DNA of 64,000 nucleotides from Auanema rhodensis (lineage: Eukaryota; Animalia; Nematoda). Positions within the stretch are counted from its first letter, which is position 1. The number at the start of each line of letters is the position of its first letter. The position numbers were made by a program, and so were the translations under genes. The notes under the pieces are model-generated. The model saw only the letters and a list, made by a program, of their open reading frames with translations. It had not been told where the DNA came from and did not search any database. This document shows, in pieces, positions 28,007 to 51,144 of this stretch. The stretch covers positions 5,952,001-6,016,000 of the forward strand of contig OZ059897.1 in the NCBI GenBank assembly GCA_964057225.1, in the 5' to 3' direction.

Positions 28007-31000
28007 CTAAGCCTCAACTTCGTTTTCAGTTGTAGAAGTCTCCTTAGGAGCGATCTCCTCGCTTTGCCATCCGCGAGTTTTAGCTTTCACATAATCCGGG
28101 AAACAAGCATGAAGCATAGCGTTCCATTCAGCTCTCATTTCGTCGGTACTGAAAATTTTTTAATAAAGATTTATTGAATGGGAATCATGACTTACGTTAT
28201 ATCGAAAGCATCATCGCATCTATGCCCACTTTGGCGGGCGTGTGAGATAACATTACTCTTGATTCCATTGAAATCACAATCGAAACACTGCAATAGAACA
28301 TGGATTAAACTATGTTTAACAAGACAATATTACCTGGTAGGGTTTGCTCTCCGAGTGAATCATGATTACATGACGTAGAAGGTTCCAACGTGATCCGGTG
28401 GAATTAAGGGTGGTTGGTTTACCGCACAACTAAAAAGGAACCAGGTTTTGACAGGTTGGTTCAAGATTGAACTTACAGCACACTTGTAAGTAGCCTTGCA
28501 ATGAACTCTTCCGTAGTTCTTTCCACGTCCGAATCTGCTCTCTTCTAACTCTCCATTTGTCATCCATCTGTGTTTCTTAGTGGCAGGACTGTAGTCGGAT
28601 CTTCTCCGAGAGTTAGTCTCTTCAATTTGGGCTGACTGTAATAACTATTTAAGAGATAAGTAATACGAACAAAAAATATTTACCCCGAAAGCACTTCCAA
28701 GAACGGGATTCAAAAGATGAATCATGGAAGCTCTAACTTGTTCATCTGATGTGCCCAATCCGAAGTCAACGCTATCGGAAGACTCGGTTTTAACTTCAGT
28801 GTCTTCATCATTCTGATCTTTTTTGATTGAGTCAAACTCATTAATTTCTGGAGATCTAGAAATATAACTCATAAATATCCATCAAAACTGTTGAGATTTC
28901 TTACACTCTTTCCTCAGTTTCAGTTACTGAAGCGACGTGTCCCAATATAATTCTTTGAATCTCTAACTGTTGGCGTTCTTGCTCCTTCTGTTGCTCGAGA
29001 GTCTGTCGGCTTTTATCCTCCAAGATTTTAGTAAGTGCCGAATGATTATTAGCCACTGGGGTGGAAGGAGTAGGAGCTCTCTGAAATTGAAGAATTATTG
29101 AAAGTAACTAATTTTATATTAAATTATGAAATAATTGAAGCGGAATAAATTAAGAGCGACCGGAAGTACACCTAATTACTTAAGGTGTGAGAATGAAAAT
29201 CTGTAGTTGACAACAGGCTCAACATTCGAAATGTTCACGCTGTCAACTAGTTCACCTAACATTCATCAAGCTATCAAAGAATCACTTAGTATTCAAGGAA
29301 CTCGTCTAACTACAACGATGGTAAGTGACACTAATAGTATCAGATTAAAGTTTATTTCAGGAAAGTCGTCCACAAACTATGGCAACCTTTCAGGAAACTT
29401 ATCATCGTGATGTGATTTCATATTTCTTTCTACGTTTTGATGATTTATACTGTTTTAGCATCATAACTCAGACGATTCAAAGAGAACAATTGTTCTGGGC
29501 AAAACTGAAAGACAAACTGCTATCAAAATCGAAAGTTTAGAACGGCGTTTGCAAGCTAATGAGAAGAATAGACGAGAAACTGAGGCTGAGTTGGAAACAT
29601 TTAAAAGGAAATACCAAGTAAACATTTCAAATTTTCTAAATTTCTTTGTATAATTGCGTAGAAAGTTCACGGAGACAACGAGCAATTACGAAGCGAAAAT
29701 GTAGAAATAAAGAAGGAATTAGAAGAATTTCGAATAGCTGAAAAGGATTTTAATGTTAAAATAAAGTATAACTAAGCGAACAAAATGCAATGCTTATGTT
29801 TTCTTTTCAGAGGGGACGCCATTTTGCTAGCCGAATTAACGGAAAAACTTGATAATATTGAGAGTGATTCTAAGGAAATAAAGGAGCAAATAGCAGCAAT
29901 TTTGTTAGAAAACGAAAACGAATTGAATATATTTGAAATGTCTTCAAATAATATTTTAAAACTTGTAGCACATGAAAGACAAGTTCGTCGACTAAAAGAG
30001 AAAGAAATTGAGGAACTTGATATAAACTTGAAACAGGTAAAAATCTTAAATATTATGTTATTTTGTGTTTAGACATCTGATCAACTGGCAAAAAGTCATG
30101 ATCACGTAATGAAGCTACTGCAACAAGTCGAGTTGGTTACTAAATCAAATCTCGAAAGAATCGATATTCAAAAAGAAGTTTACATTTTCATCATGAAGGT
30201 TATTTCAAAATATGCATTTAGGAAATTGAAATTGAAACAGAAGCTGCTAATCACTTAAAGACCAATTTCAAAAAAATGGAAGAGGAAGCAGCTGAGCGTA
30301 GAAAAAACCTTGGTTAGTTCATTGAGTGATTTAGTCATCACCGATCAAAAAAATATTTAGATGTCATGACAGCTGAGCTGCGATTGTTGAAGAAACAAAA
30401 GCGTGATTTTAAAAATAACGAAAGAAGTAACCAAATTCTTCTGCAATCATTGGAGACTGAGAGACAATCGTTTCTGGAAACGTTGTCAACGTTGTTAGGG
30501 TTAGAAGTACCTGTTGATGGAGCCGAAATCAAAAGGAGAATCAGGTACTTCAAATTAAAGTTTATGACTCACTGGAAAGGAATGCTGATTTTGTTTAGGC
30601 AACTACAAAAAGAATCAGATGATAACAAAACTATACAAACAAAGTTGGAAAGGGATTATAATGAAATTGAGGAACAACTTCTTGATCAAGCTAAGCAACA
30701 ACGTAATGCTTTATTTCGGGCAAGGTACGAATGAAGTATCTTTATTAGTACTAAAGAGTTTTTCAGAACAGCTGAAGAGGAACAGTCTGTTTTACAGGAG
30801 AAGATTCAAAGCTTGCTTCAGGAAATTAAAGCATCAGATCTTGTTATCAAAGAAAAAGATGCAAAGATAGAGCAGTTTGAAAGTATCCTTAAAAAGGTTC
30901 AAAACCAGTATTCCTTTCTATGAATTAAGAGTTTTTTAGATCAATAGCTCAATCGGATTACAAACCGAAAACGGCCCCAAAGAACTGATAGATCGCATTC

Positions 31001-32054
31001 AAGATCTGGCTATCTATGAGAGTCTACTTCAGAAAACAAGACCTAACCCGGTAAGCCATGCTCAATTAAACTAGAATAGTCGAGTGTATTAAGACAACTC
31101 TTCAAAAACTTGCTTCATCTGGAAAACCAAGTATGGTATGTTCTCGAACGCATGAAATGGGGTTAAATAGATCGTTACAGCATGCTGTAGCTCATACACT
31201 CTGCGGTAAGACAGCATGGGACAGATGGGACCAACATCTTCTTACAGCGGTCAGGCTTGAATCCATCAAAGCAGCCGATAATGAAAAAGTCTTGAGAGTT
31301 AGCCATCCATAGTATGGACCATTGTTTAACCACATTTTTTTAGAGAAAGTTGAGTGAAAAGGAGAAGAAAATCAGAGAGTTGGAAAAGGAAAGAAAGGAG
31401 GTCAAGTCACAAAAATTTTCCCGAAACAGTGAAGGAAGAGTAAGTTCAATGGGTGCCTGATGAATATTGACAAGTTCTGTTTCAGCTTTGTTCAACACAG
31501 ACAAAACAGAAAATGGAACCAGGGACACAAAAAGATGAAGAAACATAAGCCAAAATATACACTGAATCCAATAAAAATTATGAAAAACTAACCACAAGAG
31601 TATTGCTATTACTAAATCCATTTGATTGATCTGAAGAAGGGGATGAACGCTTTGATAGAGCTTGGGCAATATCGTTTATCGAAACCTAAACGTTGGCAAT
31701 TAGAATCAATTAATCTCATATAGGAAGTAATTTACCTTTGGTTTCCCATTTGTTGACGTGGAAGAAGATGTAGAGGAAGTAGAGGAAGAAGATGAAGATG
31801 ATGATGAGTTGGTTGCTGTGTTAGCATTACTTGAGCCATTAGTAGTTGTACCATTAATGGAAGTCTTGTATTTCAAAGATGGATGATCACACAAATCAGA
31901 AACAACTGCGAATTTATCAAAGCCATGAGTTATCTTAAGGGAAAATAACATTAGATAGAGTGGCTATGGATAGAAAACTCACTAAATATTGAACAAGAGT
32001 CATTGTGGCAGTCGTTGTGCTTACCTCCACCACTACATATTTCGACTGCAACAT
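28007..32054 (-). CDS. lin-26: LIN-26 epithelial/hypodermal C2H2 transcription factor
   Basis: N-terminus MLQSKYVVVEVSTTTATMTLVQYL|ITHGFDKFAVVSDLCDHPS. Also DEQVRASMIHLLNPVLGSAFG and RFGRGKNYGRVHCKATYKC. Fingers: KPTTLNSTGSRWNLLRHVIMIHSESKPYQ|CFDCDFNGIKSNVISHARQSGHRCDDAFDIT|TDEMRAEWNAMLHACFPDYVKAKTRGW. TAG at 28007-28009. All match C. elegans LIN-26 as I recall it. Confidence 0.93.
29318..31548 (+). CDS. Long coiled-coil protein nested antisense in a lin-26 intron (weakly CCDC170-like)
   Basis: ATG-only exon (29318-29320, followed by gtaagt), then ~14 short exons of E/K/L/Q heptad sequence, e.g. KIESLERRLQANEKNRRETEAELETFKRKYQ and LETERQSFLETLSTLLGLEVPVDGAEIKRRIR. Ends LCSTQTKQKMEPGTQKDEET*; AATAAA at ~31570. 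Confidence 0.8.
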
Positions 32055-32463
32055 CTGCAAAAATAAAATAAGAGATTGAAGAAACTGAATTATAAAACAA
32101 GAAAGAATATGGTAAAGTAGAAGAAGAGCATATATAAGAAATACAGAAGACATTGAAATGGGGTGGCATCAATAAACGACATCGAGAGATAAGAAAATGA
32201 GGACGTTAGAACCTCGCCCGAATAGGTTATTCAGCGATATTATTCCATTTTACTAACAATAACCTTGTCCTCTTACAATTATTAAGAAGGGAGTAGTCTG
32301 GATTTGCATCCTGATCTTCTACGCTAACTGAGTTCCATCTCTTTCAAAGTTCACTGATGTGCAGAAGTAATAGGGATGGTATGGCGAGAAGAAATGAAAT
32401 GCAATGTGGGATTCAAATAAGCAAAGTAGGTCACACCGGCGCAAGGGAGGCTCGTTCTTTACT

Positions 32464-32476
32464 ATTTATATATAAA
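32464..32476 (-). promoter_or_regulatory. Candidate TATA box for lin-26, ~410 bp upstream of the acceptor that abuts the ATG
   Basis: Minus strand reads TTTTATATATAAATAG, followed by a GC-richer segment. Function is inferred. Confidence 0.35.
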
Positions 32477-32479
32477 ATT

Positions 32480-44500
<12,021 letters not shown>

Positions 44501-45280
44501 ATATCTGTAATCCACTTATAAATGAAATAAACAACTAAGGATGAAGGATAGATAGTTTAATTTATAAGAATTCAAATACAATCTACAGACTTGAAATCGA
44601 AAGTAGATCATCACTATTGAGAATATAATCAATATTTTTACAATAAGAACGTACTTTATGTTTTCGTTTCTTCATAAAAGCATCCAAAATTTTGCTTTTT
44701 TGTAAAAACTATTTGTCGGAAGAATATGTCCGTTTTACTTCCGTATACAGTCTGCTTACGATGACCTCAAGATAATAAACTCCTAAATCTTTTCTTTGTC
44801 ACAGCTGTGCTCCAAGACGTGACAGTTCTTTGTGAAAAAATCTATTCAATCAATCCATTTGATTTAAAATTTGAATTACTATTTCAAACGTCGAGAAAAC
44901 TAAAAAATACAAAAAGCGTGGAAACTGTTTTAAAACTTATTAAACATCTTGATTCTCAAAAGTATGATTCTGTATCTAGAAAAAGATAAACAGCAAGCAA
45001 AGAAATCTTATAAACTATTCCGAAATTTTACGACCTTTATTCAAAGGTTGATGTATGACAGATACAACATTATCAACTTATTATACATACAAGGCTAGAA
45101 AGCTTCTGCAGCAGCAAAATTGATGTTTCAACTCTTAAACTTTAAAACAATCCATATAAAACTCAATAATTCAACAAAATGGCATAATTAATAAGACAGG
45201 GAATGATAGGCATTTTACAGGATACTCGTAGAAGAGTCATGTCATGTGAAAATATCAAAAATTATGCTACAATCTACGAA

Positions 45281-47991
45281 TTATTTCTTCAACATCCTCC
45301 TCTTATCATCATCCTCAAACTCTGTTTCACAGGGACTAGGATGAGGAGGTGCTACGCTACCAACTAAAGGAGTATTGGGAGGCTGTTGTCTTAAAGCATA
45401 CCCCCTTCCAATTCCCATACCATAGGAAGTTGTACTTTCGCCTCCTACCATAGAAGCGTAATCATTCGTCTAAAAACAAACAATACAGTGAATTATAGCT
45501 AATAACTGGATGTATACCACGGGGCTTTCACAGTCCTTTCTTCGAGCTCCTTTTGTTTTATCAAAGATAGTAATAGGGCTTATTGGCCAAGTTTGATCAG
45601 CCAATGGTGGTGGGATATTTTGAAGAGGATTTCTGATTTGACGAATTCCTGAAAAATTAATAATAGATTCACTCATTCTACCAGTATTACCTGGAGGAGC
45701 AGGGGAACCTAAATAGGTAACCTCTGTAGGAGCCTCCGGCCGTAATGTTCCACCACTTCCACGGGTACTATCTGCTCCACATCTCAGAGGAACACAGTCT
45801 AAATAAAGGAAAATAGAAAATTATTAGTTCAACCACACGATCTAACCTCCAAAAACATAATAACATTTCTCAGTGAATCTATGTTTACTAACTACATGCT
45901 TAATATAACCCTTGTCAAGCAACATAGTCGCGTACTGCTTAGCAGTTTTTCGATCAGGCAAATCTGACATATGTTCTACTAACCAATCTACTAAGCCTTG
46001 TCCTAAAAAAATGTTTCAATTCAAAAAAATAATTAGAAATTCTAACCAATAAATGACATCGGGACAGGGATCTTTAACCATTTCCGATTTTTGACTTGTA
46101 ATCCAGAATCTGGCCGTGCCATTGTTCTAACAACAAGTATGGGATCAAGAGTAATAGATAGATTTTCGGATAATTGATGATCTGTAAGCAAGAGATGGAT
46201 ATGCGTTTCAATCCCATTAATTATAAACCATTCTGATCATTATCTCTTCGTCGATGAGCTTCTTCTAATAATTGATGAGGAATACCATTTCTTCGTTGAT
46301 CATATAAAGCTCTTTCCTAAAAATAAAACATAATATATAACTGAAAATATTCCATACTTCGTCATCTGATTCCGGTCCTATCATTCCCAGTGTGCCCTCA
46401 TCAAATGTTTGTGAAATATCTGGTGCCCCCATTTCTTGTAGACGTTTTGTTTCCTCTGAACATTGCCTGAAATATATTTCGAAGATTAATATACGTGTAC
46501 AGGAAATTATTTAGAAACTTACACAGCAGTTTTGACCCATAATGAGATATCTAAAGGTAAAGTTTCTGAAGCTAAAGCAGCGAGAGGATCGTAATCATTA
46601 TTACGATGAGGCTTCGCTACATATAGAATAAATGGTCTGCAATTCAAAGAATACATTCAGTAAATCATAAGCCAAACATATGAACATACTTCTTTGCAGA
46701 TGCAACTTCTCTTAATAAGGCTACGGCAGTTGTATCCGATAAATTTTCAAACGACGTATTATTAATTTGAATAATCTGATCTCCCACTTCAATCTTGCCA
46801 TCAAGATATACAGCACCATCTTCAATAACATAACAGAATAATGAAAAAGAAATAAATATATAAAGATTACCTTGTAAGATTTCACTGACAAGTATAGCAC
46901 CTTCATAACTAACAACAGAAATCCCCAAATATGGAGCATTTTTCATACTCAGTTTGACTTCTAAGATTCGATCAAGTTCTTGACTAGCACTGAAAACATT
47001 CAGTAACAAATATTAATTTCAAAATTATGTAATCACCTGCTTTCTTCAGAGCCTATTGTACTAGGAACATAAGCTTTACGGAACCTATCTTTCCTAGGTT
47101 TTCGCTTCCTTACTTTTTCACCCTTATTCATACCTAGGGGCTCATACAGAGAGGAAGATAAGCCACTTAATCTAAAAATAAATTTTGAGATAAATTTAGC
47201 ATTCATTTTACCTTGATGATTGATCATAATGATACGGATCTTCCGAATTTGAAGTGTAAACCTCGGCTAAATGTTCACCAGCTCGTCCTGAAAACAAATA
47301 TTTGATTATTTTTAAAAATCACAGAGTTAGTCAAAACAGAACAAGCATAAGAAGGAAATAAGGTTGTCAAATATTCTTCCAGCTATTCCACAATCAAAGA
47401 AATAAAACTAACGACTTATTACAGTTCCTAAGCTACTTGCGGGATGAGAAGAGCTTGGACCTTCCAGCCCGTAATGAAGACCATCCAGTTCAGTTGAATT
47501 TCTGCGCCGTCTTTCCTGGAAATTAATACAACAATCAAAAAAATTAATTAAACCTAATAAACCTTGTCAGAAGATAAAGGTTCTTTATCTCTTCTTGGTA
47601 AAGTGCCTGGTCTTGGAAGCGTGCCATGACCAGGAATACTGAGCAAATATAATTCAAACAAGCCGTTGGCGTTCTTTCGCAGTCGGCAAGAATCTTCAGT
47701 CAACTCAATCTTCACTTCGCTATAAATACACACAGTCAAAATCAATTAACAATAAGCAAACAACCATCCAATATCCTTGTCAAGCTCCTTACAGAAATAC
47801 TGATACCCTTTTTTAGTAAAGTTCCTTTTAAAATCACCTAATGATACATTATCCGGTGATGTTTCTAACACCGAAACATAGGGAGTACGACTATCATCAA
47901 GATAATAATAAACCTCAAATAAAATTAAACATTTAAAAAATAGAAAAACTTAAAAACAAACCTTGGTTTCAGTAAGGCAATTAAGAGACAT
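45281..47991 (-). CDS. mig-5: Dishevelled (DIX-PDZ-DEP), MIG-5 type
   Basis: DIX: VYYYLDDSRTPYVSV...GDFKRNFTKKGYQYFCKELDKDI...EVKIELTEDSCRLRKNANG. Also RAGEHLAEVYTSNSEDPY. PDZ: LSMKNAPYLGISVVS...GDQIIQIN. DEP: MARPDSGLQVKNRKWLKIPVPMSFIG...FTEKCYYVFG. TAA at 45281-45283. Confidence 0.93.
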
Positions 47992-48566
47992 TTCTACTTA
48001 AATATTTTTGTCTATAACAATACCATATCTGTAATAAGATTTTATAAAGAGAGTTAAAATAAAGAGAATATTGCAATAAAGACAATAAAGTAGAATAAGG
48101 GCCATTATAATAAGGACCCATAAGCGTTTCAAAGATACATTTGAATCTCGAGGGAGAAATAATGAGAGGCCAGACACAGAGAGGTTTTTGGCCTGCCAGT
48201 GACGCAGGGGAACAGCTGATCGATTCAACCGTATATAGTAAGTTAAATTTGATGTTAATTATTGTAACCATATGATAACTCTATACTTTGATGTCTTAAA
48301 CTAAAGAAAAACAAGGTTTGTTTTTGTGTGTACATGTCCAACTTTAGTCGTATACCAATAAACTTTAACATTGATATTTTAACATTTGAACACTTATTAT
48401 GTCATCCACTTTGTAGATTAATTTAATTTGAAACTTTTTAAGCGATTTTCATTTGAATTTTTTATGTGTGTTAAATCGTCGGCTGAAAGTTGACCACAAT
48501 TGCGTTGTGTTTTCACGTGATGTTTTTCTCATTGCATAGCTATGTTATGTTTTTTACGAAGTTACC

Positions 48567-50089
48567 ATGGTAAGGCACAGAATATTCTATTGATTTGTCC
48601 TGCACGCATATTCTTAATTTTTAAATTTTATCTTCATTTAACTTATTTATTTTTTTTTAATAATTGATTTTTAACTGTAAGCTTTAGCTTACGAGTTATC
48701 TATCTATTTTCATTTTTTTCAAACGCGAACACTCTGAGCGGTTGTAATCGTTTCGGCATCGTTATTATTTTTTTCAAATTAATTTTTTCAGTTTATAATT
48801 TCGCCATTGTTATGTGACTCAATCTTAAGAATGCGTAATTGGATTCTGTTATCCTCCACTATATGCTTGGCATTGACATTTAAATTGCCTAATTTTTTTG
48901 TTTCCCAAGCGTCAGTCCAAGCCTTCCAAAAGTATTTGGGTATTATTTATAATTTTTAATTGTTTTAATAAGTAATATATTATAGAAGAAACCTGCCAAA
49001 CTGTTAATGATACTGATTTATTCTCACGATATCGAGACTGGGAGCTACATATGTTTATCAACAGTCTCAGAATAGAGTAAGCTTCACATTTTATAATATT
49101 ATTAAATATCATTTTTCAAGATTATTACCAGAAACCGAAAGTGGTAATTTTTCTGCATTTGTTAAAAGTCCCTTATCGAGAATTATGCCTGTAAGTCCTT
49201 TATTGGATTCTCTCGGTGAGTTGAAACTTCCATCTTTATTCTTATATAAAAACAGTTTAGATCCTGGCCGATGTTCACAACAGAAGAAGGCTAAAATCAA
49301 AAGTGTGGATCATCTAGTCACTAGTAATGCCTTTCAGGATTACATTATTGATCTGTGGGTTTTTTTCACTTGTGTTTTTGTATTTTTAATTTCCCTGAGG
49401 TTTTATCTTTATACTCATTACCATTTCTCATTACTCTATCCCAACCTTTTTACTATAAAACGAGCACATCATTAACCATTTACTATGCACGTTTGCTTTT
49501 AATTTTTTTAAAGTTAAAGCTTTTATGTTATGATCCACCTAGGAATTTCATTGGTATAACTAAGATCGAATTGGATAGAATAGTTGCTATGTGCCTGTGA
49601 GAGTTTATCTCGAAGTGTATTATGCATTAATTGCTTTTGGGTGAAATCGAGAAATTATTTTTTTTATCTGCCTGCTTTCTGCCGCATGTATTCTAACTTT
49701 ACCGCTTTCTCTCCCTAGCTAGATTCACTACAGGCTTCCAAGCGGATACTATTTCAGCACGGTTTTCGGGAATTATCATGAAATCTACTTAAAACTATAT
49801 TTGGCTTTAACATAGTTAACTTCATATTGTGCATGTAGAACACTATTAAGAAACGTATTCATGTGCTTCGTGAGGACAAGATGAATTGGTTGGTCTCTTC
49901 AGTCAGAGTTTGCTTTTTATGTTTCCAATTTGAACGGACAGCTTGCTTGCTAACATCTTTCACTTTTTTAGTTGCTCAATATTTTTAAATCTTAAGCTTA
50001 CACGGGATTCAAACATAGCGCCTAAGCTTCTATTAATCAATGCTTTCGAATTTCTTTCTTTCAGGTTGTTCGACAACCAGAACTCCTAA
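48567..50089 (+). CDS. Candidate small multi-exon gene of unknown function, divergent from mig-5
   Basis: Four consecutive exons (from ~48986, 49121, 49261, 49543) join in frame across GT-AG introns: ETCQTVNDTDLFSRYRDWELHMFINSLRIE|LLPETESGNFSAFVKSPLSRIMPVSPLLDSL|DPGRCSQQKKAKIKSVDHLVTSNAFQDYIIDL|NFIGITKIELDRIVAMCL. First and last exons are uncertain. Confidence 0.5.
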
Positions 50090-50403
50090 AACCGCATCTA
50101 CCTCATCACTATGATGGATTCTTTTCAGATTGTTCCAAGAACTATCTTCTTCGTCCTCATTGAAACGTATGGGTCGTCCTTAGTGCCTCATAATATGTAA
50201 TGCCAAGTGTTGTAAGCCTTTTACCTCATTCTTTTAGTTATTTACAGTATTAAGTCTTTGCTCATGTATACATGTATCAATTTATTTTCATAAATTATAA
50301 ATATCACACGAATTACAACAGAACAATTTTGTTAATGCTGCTTATCCCGTTTAAAAAAATGATAATTATTGAACGTGATTAAATGAGGAGAAACTGATAC
50401 AGT

Positions 50404-51144
50404 TTAAGCGACTGGTTCCTTAGCGGTCTCGAATGGGGTGGTTGGGACCTCTCCGGCGTCAGTAATGACGACATCTTCAGATGGCTTGTCTCCAGGTCTG
50501 GTCTTGGTGCTCTCAATAGCTCTGACGACTTCCATACCAGAGATAACCTTTCCGAAGACAACGTGACGTCCATCGAGCCATGGGGTCTTGACCTAAAATA
50601 AGATAAACCAGTTTACAGAATTATAGGCTGTTTTGCTTACGGTGGTGATGAAGAATTGAGATCCGTTGGTGTCTGGTCCAGCGTTGGCCATGGATAACCA
50701 TCCAGCTCCGTAATGTTGGAGAGCGAAGTTCTCGTCTTCGAAGCGTTCTCCGTAGATGGATTTTCCTCCAGTTCCGTCACCACGGGTGAAATCTCCTCCT
50801 TGGATCATGAAATCCTTGATAACTCTGTGGAATTTGCTTCCCTTGTATCCGAATCCCTTGGATCCAGTGGCAAGTTGGAAGAAGTTATCAGCGGTCTTTG
50901 GAACAACATCTCCGAAAAGTCCAATAACGATCTTTCCTTGCTGAAATATGATGGATTATTAAACATCCGAAGTATGATAAAAACGTACTGGCTTTCCTCC
51001 GATGCTGATGTCGAGGTAGACCTGCTTGGTGACGGTGACGGTGTCAGCGGCGGAGAGCTAAAAATACAGTCATGAAACATGAAACAAAAAAAAATCACTT
51101 ACGGAAACAAAACCCAAGAGGGCGATAACAGCTACAGATAACAT
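50404..51144 (-). CDS. cyn-5: Secretory-pathway cyclophilin B-type peptidyl-prolyl isomerase (CYN-5/CYN-6 group)
   Basis: Signal peptide [14 protein letters not shown]. Core [28 protein letters not shown]...[25 protein letters not shown]|[16 protein letters not shown]. Four exons with strong codon bias. cyn-5 versus cyn-6 is not resolved. Confidence 0.9.
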
